In this document: positions 18,238 to 26,394 of the stretch, piece after piece
Layout of the letters: each line of letters begins with the position of its first letter
Position numbering within the stretch: position 1 is the first letter of the stretch
IMG/VR virus record: IMGVR_UViG_3300020714_000006
DNA length: 64,000 nucleotides
Direction: 5' to 3' (one strand)
From: a virus
Lineage: Duplodnaviria > Heunggongvirae > Uroviricota > Caudoviricetes
Position numbers and translations under genes: made by a program
Notes under the pieces: model-generated
The model's input: only the letters and a program-made list of their open reading frames with translations
Database searches by the model: none
Told to the model about the DNA's origin: nothing

Positions 18238-19404
18238 ATGTCAGAACTACTTAATGGCCGTTGGGCGGAAACGAAAGAAGCCCTATTAGAAGGTCTACAA
18301 GGAACAAAAAAATCAGTAATGGGTGTAACTTTAGAAAACACTCGTAAATATTTAACAGAAAGCGCAACTGCTGGTGCTACATCAGCTGGTAACGTTGCTA
18401 CTTTAAACCGTGTTATTTTACCAGTTATTCGTCGTGTAATGCCTACAGTTATTGCTAACGAATTAGTTGGTGTACAACCAATGACAGGTCCTGTTGGCCA
18501 AATTCACACTTTACGTGTTCGTTATGCTGATAGTGCAACTGGTGTTACTGCTGGTGAAGAAGCGTTAAGCCCATTTAAAATTGCAGAAGCTTATTCAGGT
18601 AATGATACATCACCTGCTGGAGCAACTTCAACTGCTAGCTTAGAAGGACAAGCTGGTAAAAGAATGAGCATCCAAATCTTGAAACAAACTGTTGAAGCGA
18701 AAACTCGTAAATTGAGTGCTCGTTGGACTTTTGAATCAGCACAAGATGCACAATCACAACAAGGTATTGATGTTGAAGCAGAAATTATGGCTGCTCTAGC
18801 TCAAGAAATTACTGCTGAAATTGACCAAGAAATCATCGGGTCTTTAATTTCATTAGCTGGTACACCAACACAAACTTATGACCAAGCAAATGTATCTGGT
18901 ACAGCTACATTCGTAGGTGATGAACATGCTGCTTTAGCTATCCAAATCAACCGTGTGAGCAACTTGATTGCACAACGTACACGTCGTGGTGCTGGTAACT
19001 ATGCTGTTGTATCTCCATTTGCATTAACAATTTTACAATCTGCTACTACTTCAGCTTTTGCTCGTACTACAGAAGGTACTTTTGAAGCTCCTACAAATAC
19101 TAAATTTGTTGGTACTTTAAACAATGCATTAAAAGTATATGTAAACAGCTACGCTAACGACGCAACTTCAATCTTGGTTGGCTATAAAGGTGCTTCTGAA
19201 TCAGACGCTCCAGCGTTTTACTGCCCATACATTCCATTGATGTCAAGTGGTGTTGTTTTAGATCCATCAACATTCGAACCAGTTGTAAGCTTTATGACAA
19301 GATATGGCTACGTGGAGCTTAGTAATACTGCATCATCTTTAGGTAATGCTGCGGATTACTTAGGTTTAGTTCAAATTAATAGTGCAAACGTTAAATTTAG
19401 CTAA
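18238..19404 (+). CDS. gp23: Major capsid protein (gp23-like)
   Basis: LPVIRRVMPTVIANELVGVQPMTGPVGQIHTLRVRY, VEAKTRKLSARWTFE, FYCPYIPL, FMTRYGY. Confidence 0.96.
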   Translation: MSELLNGRWAETKEALLEGLQGTKKSVMGVTLENTRKYLTESATAGATSAGNVATLNRVILPVIRRVMPTVIANELVGVQPMTGPVGQIHTLRVRYADSATGVTAGEEALSPFKIAEAYSGNDTSPAGATSTASLEGQAGKRMSIQILKQTVEAKTRKLSARWTFESAQDAQSQQGIDVEAEIMAALAQEITAEIDQEIIGSLISLAGTPTQTYDQANVSGTATFVGDEHAALAIQINRVSNLIAQRTRRGAGNYAVVSPFALTILQSATTSAFARTTEGTFEAPTNTKFVGTLNNALKVYVNSYANDATSILVGYKGASESDAPAFYCPYIPLMSSGVVLDPSTFEPVVSFMTRYGYVELSNTASSLGNAADYLGLVQINSANVKFS

Positions 19405-19431
19405 TACTTAGTTATTTGTAATATATCAATT

Positions 19432-19457
19432 AAAAACCACCTTCGGGTGGTTTTTTT
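19432..19457 (+). terminator. Rho-independent terminator after the major capsid gene
   Basis: AAAAACCACC-TTCG-GGTGGTTTTTTT. Confidence 0.9.
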
Positions 19458-19501
19458 GTGATATAATATTCTATATTGAACTAAGAAACATAAATAGATA
19501 T

Positions 19502-20260
19502 ATGAATAAATATAAAAAATGGTATAGCATACTAACAGAAAATGCAAAAAATAGATTATTATCAGAATATAGTGAAAACCATCATATCATTCCAAAAAGT
19601 TTAGGTGGGTTAGATACCGATGATAATATAGTAAAACTAACGGCAAGAGAACATTTTATATGTCATTGGTTATTAGTTAAAATATATTCAACTGGTGAAG
19701 AACATTGGAAAATGCTTAATGCATTGCGAATAATGCGTGCTGAAAATACTAAACAATACAGGTATACAACCGCAATCACATCAAGAGTGTATGCTAAATT
19801 AAAAGAAGAATATGCGATACTTCAAAGTAATAAGGTATCTGGTAAAAATAATCCTATGTATGGTGCCAAATTTACTAGAAGTGAAGATGGTAAGCGTAAA
19901 CAACGTGAGGCTATATTAGGTGATAAAAATGGCTCTAAAAATTTAGAAGCTAGACAAAAGATAAGCCAAAGCAAACTTGGAAGAAAACGTGAACCATTTA
20001 GTGAAGAATGGAAAGAAAAATTATCGATTGCTAAACAGGGTAGTAATAATAATATGTTTGGTAAAACTCATAGTGAAGAAACCAAGAAAAAAATGAGGGA
20101 TAAAGCAACTGGTAGAAAGTTTAGTGCAGAAGTTATAGAAAAAAGAGCATCTGCACAACGTGGGTTAGTTAGACCAAAAAAGTTATGCCCACATTGTCAA
20201 CAGCAAATACCAGTAAATACTTATCCACGATGGCACGGAGATAATTGTAAAAGTAAGTAG
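19502..20260 (+). CDS. Free-standing HNH homing endonuclease (Mob-like) with NUMOD3-like repeats
   Basis: ENHHIIPKSLGG...LTAREHFICHWLL; NNMFGKTHSEETKKKM; C-terminal CPHC...RWHGDNC; CATAAATA 5 nt upstream. Confidence 0.85.
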   Translation: MNKYKKWYSILTENAKNRLLSEYSENHHIIPKSLGGLDTDDNIVKLTAREHFICHWLLVKIYSTGEEHWKMLNALRIMRAENTKQYRYTTAITSRVYAKLKEEYAILQSNKVSGKNNPMYGAKFTRSEDGKRKQREAILGDKNGSKNLEARQKISQSKLGRKREPFSEEWKEKLSIAKQGSNNNMFGKTHSEETKKKMRDKATGRKFSAEVIEKRASAQRGLVRPKKLCPHCQQQIPVNTYPRWHGDNCKSK

Positions 20261-20264
20261 AAAT

Positions 20265-20287
20265 AACCACCTTCGGGTGGTTTTTTT
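20265..20287 (+). terminator. Rho-independent terminator, identical to the one at 19435
   Basis: AACCACC-TTCG-GGTGGTTTTTTT. Confidence 0.9.
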
Positions 20288-20301
20288 GTATAAATACATT
20301 C

Positions 20302-20850
20302 ATGAATACAGATTTTATTAGTGCCAATACTGTTCAACAAGTTAGTGATAATTTTTACTATACAATCCCATGGAATGATGTAACATCCTCAACATCTAAC
20401 GATGCATATGCAGTCTCATCTGACACATTATATACCATACCTGGCTTATGGATGGAACGATTTAGGTCTAAAACCAATCAAATATGGATGACAGACTATC
20501 AAATACCATTATTATCTGAAACAATTGTTGGTATAGAATTACGAGTAAATATAAAAAGATCTGCTAGAATTCAAGATTTAACAATTCAATTAACATTAAA
20601 CGGTAATTTAATTGGATTGAATTATGGGGTTGATATGACAACACAATATGCATACCAACATAATTTACCTGTTATTGGAGATTATAATGTATACGGTGGT
20701 CCAACTGATATGTGGGGGACTACACTAACTACAACTGATATAACAGACCCTACATTTGGTGCAGTTGTTGCATTTCAAAGTAATGAAACATTGCCACATC
20801 GTGATTTAGCATATATTAATCAATTAGCATTACGTATCCACTTTGGATAA
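20302..20850 (+). CDS. Hypothetical late/virion protein
   Basis: TATAAATA at 20289-20296; beta-rich, YGGPTDMWG motif. Confidence 0.7.
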   Translation: MNTDFISANTVQQVSDNFYYTIPWNDVTSSTSNDAYAVSSDTLYTIPGLWMERFRSKTNQIWMTDYQIPLLSETIVGIELRVNIKRSARIQDLTIQLTLNGNLIGLNYGVDMTTQYAYQHNLPVIGDYNVYGGPTDMWGTTLTTTDITDPTFGAVVAFQSNETLPHRDLAYINQLALRIHFG

Positions 20851-20857
20851 ATACATT

Positions 20858-20930
20858 GTCATAGAAGAGCCACTTCAATGTGGACTTATGTTGTACCATA
20901 CAACGTATGACCTAAAACGTCAAGGAGACA
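20858..20930 (+). promoter_or_regulatory. Structured 5' leader, candidate cis-regulatory RNA
   Basis: Follows late motif GATAAATA (20846-20853); stems GTCATA/TATGAC, CCAC/GTGG, TATGTTGTA/TACAACGTA; GTC/GAC flanks the SD. Confidence 0.45.
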
Positions 20931-20936
20931 AATAAA

Positions 20937-22157
20937 ATGGGAAGACCTTTAAATAAAAAATATTTTGGTAACCGTAATATCGGTACCTCAGCTACTACTA
21001 CTGATGATAATATCGGTGGTGAAGGAGTTCTAAGCGCAGCAGTTAGTGGACCAGCTGGTGGGTATACTACCAGACCAACTATAACTTTTACAGCACCATC
21101 TATTCCAAATGGTATAACTGCTACTGCAACAATTTTATCAAAAGCAAAGTCAGCAACTATTGGTGGTTCACAAACACGAGCATATCCAGCAGGAACTGGT
21201 TCTATTATATATGCATCATCAACTTGGACCCCAACATTAAGAACTGGAACGTTGACTACTGTAGTAAGAGCTAGTGCAACAACTATTGGATTTGATACAA
21301 CTACTACTGCAAATATTTCTGGAACTAGTGTTACTATTAGTGGTGCGTCAATTACTGGGACACTATCGATTGGTGGAGTTGCAATTGCTGCTGGACAAAC
21401 ATATTACATGGGTGCACCAACCGCAACAGCTGCTACATTATATGCAAACTATGCTGATTCTGTTAATGCAACTAATCCATTAACAATCGTTGCTGGGACT
21501 GGTGTTACTGGTGCAACATTTACTTATGGTACTACCTATAGTACTGTTAATTCTGTTGCTGTTGCAACTGTTGGATCATTTACAACATTGGCTGCTGGTG
21601 CACAATCTGCATCAACATCTGATGCAAATGTAGGTTCAGGATTGACTTTAACTATAACATATGAAGCATTAGGAACAACTATTACAAATAAAGGTTCTGG
21701 TTATACTGCATCACCAACACAAGCTGGTGGAACATTTAACGGAACATTAGGAACAGTTGTATTAACAACTGATAGTGGCGCAGTTGGTTCAGTTACTAAT
21801 CAAGAAAATGCTATTATTGCATATGCTTGGGTAAGTGGATCACGTGTGTTGGTTGATATTGTTAAACAAGAAGCAAGTCGCAGATATGCTGTAAGAACAG
21901 CAACTTTGGTTTCTGGTGAACCATGGTCAGTTCGTTCTGCAATATTAGTTGGTAAAGATTCATCTGCTGATGGCGAGATGGATATCACAGTTGTTGATAG
22001 CGCAGGTAATTCATATTGGGTTACAAAACTAACTGCTCATAAAGCATTATTAACTAGAAAACCAGGTGGTTCTGGTTATTTATATGCAACGGGTGCAGCT
22101 GCACCATGGAAATTAGATGCTGCATCTGGTATCTATGTTCAAATAGTAACTGCTTAA
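20937..22157 (+). CDS. Virion structural protein (Thr/Ala/Gly-rich; head decoration or fibre-like)
   Basis: MGRPLNKKYFG start, strong SD AAGGAG, beta-rich low-charge composition. Confidence 0.65.
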   Translation: MGRPLNKKYFGNRNIGTSATTTDDNIGGEGVLSAAVSGPAGGYTTRPTITFTAPSIPNGITATATILSKAKSATIGGSQTRAYPAGTGSIIYASSTWTPTLRTGTLTTVVRASATTIGFDTTTTANISGTSVTISGASITGTLSIGGVAIAAGQTYYMGAPTATAATLYANYADSVNATNPLTIVAGTGVTGATFTYGTTYSTVNSVAVATVGSFTTLAAGAQSASTSDANVGSGLTLTITYEALGTTITNKGSGYTASPTQAGGTFNGTLGTVVLTTDSGAVGSVTNQENAIIAYAWVSGSRVLVDIVKQEASRRYAVRTATLVSGEPWSVRSAILVGKDSSADGEMDITVVDSAGNSYWVTKLTAHKALLTRKPGGSGYLYATGAAAPWKLDAASGIYVQIVTA

Positions 22158-22175
22158 TTAAGCAACAAAAAACAC

Positions 22176-22196
22176 GGAGGGCTATAAAGGCCCTCC
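22176..22196. other. Intergenic GC-rich hairpin (possible terminator or mRNA-stability element)
   Basis: GGAGGGC-N7-GCCCTCC; no U-run directly after it on +. Confidence 0.45.
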
Positions 22197-22211
22197 AACT
22201 AAGGAGTATAA

Positions 22212-25200
22212 ATGTCAAGAGTATTAACAGTTGAACAAGGCGACTATATAGTTCAGGTAGATTCTGGAAGGACCGTTATTGATAGTGATATCTTTGTAAC
22301 AGGTACACCATATGGTACTGCGCCTGTAGTTACTAATGTCATATATGTAACAATGGATGGGTCAGATACCAATGATGGTTCAGCACAAGATCCTTCACGC
22401 GCGTGTAGAACTATTTCTGGTGCGGTAAAATCACCATTATATCAACCAGGAACATCTATCAAAGTTGCAGCAGGACGTTATTTAGAAAATAATCCAATTG
22501 TTGTAAAACCGTATACATCTATTATTGGTAGCGATTTAAGAACAACTGAAGTTGAACCTATTAACAAAACACAGGATTTATTCCATGTTAATAGTTCATC
22601 ATATCTTGCACAAATGCAATTTATAAATGGTAGAAGTGGAATTGTAAATCCAAATTTAGATCGTGGTGCATATTCAGTATCATTTCCAATTAATTATAAA
22701 TTTATTTTCAATGGTGATACTACTCTTGGTAGTAATATAATTACATCAGTGAGCGACACTGAAAATATTGTTATAGGTATGGAAATTGAAAGTCCAATAG
22801 TCTTTGGAGTTCAATTATTTCCTAATGGTACAACTGTAGTTTCAATTGATTCTAGCTCACAGATATCAATGTCTAGTGTAGCATCTGAAACATATACAAC
22901 AGCAGCATTTACTACTGGTAAAATAACAGTATATAAGTCGCCATATGTTCAAAACTGTACTAATCAGAGTGGCCCATGGTTATATGATGGTACTATGTTT
23001 ATACCAAATCAAACTGTTCAATTACCATTAGCGGTAGCTACTTGTGAAAGATTTGACGATGGTGATATAAACATTACAATTTCAGTTTCTGAAGCGTTGA
23101 GTGGTGACATTACTACTGCCGTTAAAACTGGAATGTCAATTAATACAGCACCACAAGACCAAGGATTTTTTACTGCTAGAACTTTGATTCTAGCCAATGT
23201 CCAATTTATTCAAGAACAAGTTTTAGAACATATAAGAGTTACGTATCCAATTTCTAATCCATTATGGGATCCATTTAACAGCATATATGACCCTGAAAAA
23301 TTTAGACGTGATATTCAAATAATTATTGAACATGTATTATATGATACTACATTTGGTGGTAATTCAAAATCTATTCAAACAGGTGTTGCCTATTGGGATG
23401 GTGCGGTTAGTTATATTTCTGGTCAAGAGCTACAAACTAACAATGGATTAGATTATATTAAAACATTAGTAGCAAGTATTGTTGCTGCTGCAAACGGAAC
23501 TGGTACAGTTATTGATTTATTTGATAATACTACAGTTAATGCTGGATATTTTATTACTGGTAGAACATATACAATCGTTGATGCAGCTGATACTGATTTT
23601 AGATTAATTGGTGCAGTTAATAATAACGGCGGAACTGTTTTCGTTGCTACTGGAAAAGGAGCTGGATCTGGTACTGCTAAATTTGGAATTCCAGTATATA
23701 CACCAGAATTATTAAAAAATGCAGACATCGCAGTTACCCCATTTAATACTAATATTGATATAATCAAATCAATAATTTTAGATATTGCAAACACGCCAAC
23801 AATTTATTATAGCACTGGTCCAGAATTCGGATTAGACAGTGGTGAGTTGTTATTACAAGCAAATAGAGCATATATTCAAAGCGATATTACTTCATTTATT
23901 AGTAACCAATACCCAACTTTTGTATATGATAGTGCAAAAAGTGAAAGAGATGTTGGCTATATTATAGATGCTATTTCACAAGATATATTACTAGGTGGTA
24001 ATTATAGAACATTTGATTTGGCTGTTTCATATTATGTGGATAATGTATCTGTCCTAACTAATTTAGAAACAACAGTATGCGTAGCAGCAATTAATGAAAT
24101 TTCAACTGCAATGCAAAGTATTGTTCGTAATGTTTTATACAACCCTGGATGGGCTCCATCAATACAACAAACAACTAACAGTGCATGGTCTAATGGTATA
24201 ATAACTATACCATACATTGAACGAAATATTAATATTCTTACTGATATTATACAACATGGTCCTGCGTATGGACATGCTGCATATAAAAAGCATATTGGAA
24301 CATCATTATTTTATGCAACTGGACTTAGTGCTGATAATGTTAAACAATCAACTAAGGTAACTGCGTGTAATTTTATACAAGTAGATGGAAATGGAAATGC
24401 TATATATGACATTACATTAGATAACCCAGCCGTTGGTATTGGTATTAATTCTACATTATATTTTGGTTATACTACTGTTTATCCAGTAGTAGAATCTACA
24501 ATACCAGAACGATGGAATAATAGAAAATGTGATCCATGGGGTGCAATGGGTGGAATGCTAATTGATGGTGATGTTGTTACTGATAATTCGCCAGTTAGAT
24601 CATTTGTTGCTGATGCTTTTACACAGGTAAACCAAGGTGGACGAGGTGTTCGTGTAACAAATAAAGGATATGTTCAGTTAGTATCAGTATTTACAATCTT
24701 TAGTTCTATCGCAGTTCAAGCTGACAACGGTGGTATTGCATCTATTACAAACTCTAATGCTAACTTTGGTACTTATTGTATGATTGCCAAAGGATATGGC
24801 CCTAGAGAATTCTCTGGAACAATATATAACCCATCAGGTTTTGCATATGATCCGGTATCTAATTCATTTGGTGTTAACCAATATTATCCATCAGGATTTT
24901 TCCCTTACAAACAACAGTTGTGTGTATTTGTTCCTGATACTCAATATAGACCTCATATTTCGTTAATGATGGAAGTTATTCCTGAACCAACTTATGTAAA
25001 TGCACAAAATAAACCTGGATTCTTAACAGCAACAGTTACTTTTTCTACTATTACAGAAGGCGATTTAACAATAACTGGAATTGATGTATCTGATATGTTT
25101 ATTGGACAAGCATTATATTTGCATGATCAATATGGTAGTGATAAAGATTTAGTAACAAATATTAGTTATTTACAAACAGGAACAACCATTACAGATTTAG

Positions 25201-26381
25201 GTCCACAAACAGTATACTTAAGTAAGCCTATAACACAATCTGGTGGTGATATTAATAATCCTAGCTTTTTTACTTTGTTTTCTTGTGGTAATGCATATTA
25301 TACTATTTTATCAAGTAAGATATCAAATAACCCATCATTAAAATCAGATGGTATAACACCTATTGTTTTAGGTGGGTTGATTCTACCTCAAAAACAAATT
25401 ACACCAATATCAATAGATGGGTCATCTGATAGTGCTAATCCAGAAATTCAATCATTAGAAATTTTAGCTGGACTATTACAAAGTATAGTTCAAAATGCTC
25501 CTATAACTAGTTTGCAAACTATTGTACCACAAAATTTTAATGTTGCATATGACGGACAAACTGCTATTGATCTAATTTATACAGGTGTTAGCACATCTGG
25601 TGGTGTTACAATACCTGGAACTGGATTAATTGATAACATTATTACGATATTAAAAGGAAGCGATTCAATAACATCAGATCTTACATCAACTTTACATCAG
25701 TATAGTGATGCTGAAATAGTAAGTCATATTGGAATAACATTGGTATCAAAAGGTGTTCCAACAAAAGGTGCTGGGGATGCTGCACAATTAATACTTGCTA
25801 ATCTAGAGTTCTGCGTGGAAGAAATTTATGCATATATTCAAAATCAAATATCAATTGCTTCATACGGCAGCAATTGGTACCAATTAGATTATAAAAAAAG
25901 TAAATGTAGAAGAGATGTAAAATTAATTTGTATTAATGTGGCATATGATTTAATCAGTGGTAATGGTGTTAATTATAATGCAGTATATTCTGGATTGTCG
26001 TATTATTCACGGCCAGGCACATATCATATTGTACAATTAGAAGATAATGTTACAAATTATAACTTAATTCCTGATGGTTCTATCGTTAACTTTTACCAAA
26101 GAAGTTATATGTCAGCATCTGGATACTTATTTGAATATGTTGGTGCTGGAACAAATTATAGTGCATTACCACAAGTAGGAAGACTTGACCCTAATCAGCC
26201 AAATGAGGTAAATATGTTAGATGGTGGAAAAGTATTTTTTACATCTACTGACCAAAATGGAGACTTTAGAATAGGTCCAGGGTTAGTGATCAGTCAAGCA
26301 ACGGGTGTTCTAAGCGGAAGAACATTCCAAAAAAGTTTATTTGCAGAAATGACTCCGTTTATATTAGCAATTGAAGGTTAA
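22212..26381 (+). CDS. Giant virion structural protein: beta-helix-like domain interrupted by three K-x-x-R-D helical repeats
   Basis: NVIYVTMDGSDTNDGS start, KSPYVQNCT, DAFTQVNQGGRG, FEYVGAGTNY...FTSTDQNGDFRIG; paralogous to the N-half of 29249..33190. Confidence 0.7.
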   Translation: MSRVLTVEQGDYIVQVDSGRTVIDSDIFVTGTPYGTAPVVTNVIYVTMDGSDTNDGSAQDPSRACRTISGAVKSPLYQPGTSIKVAAGRYLENNPIVVKPYTSIIGSDLRTTEVEPINKTQDLFHVNSSSYLAQMQFINGRSGIVNPNLDRGAYSVSFPINYKFIFNGDTTLGSNIITSVSDTENIVIGMEIESPIVFGVQLFPNGTTVVSIDSSSQISMSSVASETYTTAAFTTGKITVYKSPYVQNCTNQSGPWLYDGTMFIPNQTVQLPLAVATCERFDDGDINITISVSEALSGDITTAVKTGMSINTAPQDQGFFTARTLILANVQFIQEQVLEHIRVTYPISNPLWDPFNSIYDPEKFRRDIQIIIEHVLYDTTFGGNSKSIQTGVAYWDGAVSYISGQELQTNNGLDYIKTLVASIVAAANGTGTVIDLFDNTTVNAGYFITGRTYTIVDAADTDFRLIGAVNNNGGTVFVATGKGAGSGTAKFGIPVYTPELLKNADIAVTPFNTNIDIIKSIILDIANTPTIYYSTGPEFGLDSGELLLQANRAYIQSDITSFISNQYPTFVYDSAKSERDVGYIIDAISQDILLGGNYRTFDLAVSYYVDNVSVLTNLETTVCVAAINEISTAMQSIVRNVLYNPGWAPSIQQTTNSAWSNGIITIPYIERNINILTDIIQHGPAYGHAAYKKHIGTSLFYATGLSADNVKQSTKVTACNFIQVDGNGNAIYDITLDNPAVGIGINSTLYFGYTTVYPVVESTIPERWNNRKCDPWGAMGGMLIDGDVVTDNSPVRSFVADAFTQVNQGGRGVRVTNKGYVQLVSVFTIFSSIAVQADNGGIASITNSNANFGTYCMIAKGYGPREFSGTIYNPSGFAYDPVSNSFGVNQYYPSGFFPYKQQLCVFVPDTQYRPHISLMMEVIPEPTYVNAQNKPGFLTATVTFSTITEGDLTITGIDVSDMFIGQALYLHDQYGSDKDLVTNISYLQTGTTITDLGPQTVYLSKPITQSGGDINNPSFFTLFSCGNAYYTILSSKISNNPSLKSDGITPIVLGGLILPQKQITPISIDGSSDSANPEIQSLEILAGLLQSIVQNAPITSLQTIVPQNFNVAYDGQTAIDLIYTGVSTSGGVTIPGTGLIDNIITILKGSDSITSDLTSTLHQYSDAEIVSHIGITLVSKGVPTKGAGDAAQLILANLEFCVEEIYAYIQNQISIASYGSNWYQLDYKKSKCRRDVKLICINVAYDLISGNGVNYNAVYSGLSYYSRPGTYHIVQLEDNVTNYNLIPDGSIVNFYQRSYMSASGYLFEYVGAGTNYSALPQVGRLDPNQPNEVNMLDGGKVFFTSTDQNGDFRIGPGLVISQATGVLSGRTFQKSLFAEMTPFILAIEG

Positions 26382-26394
26382 GAGGATTTAACAC

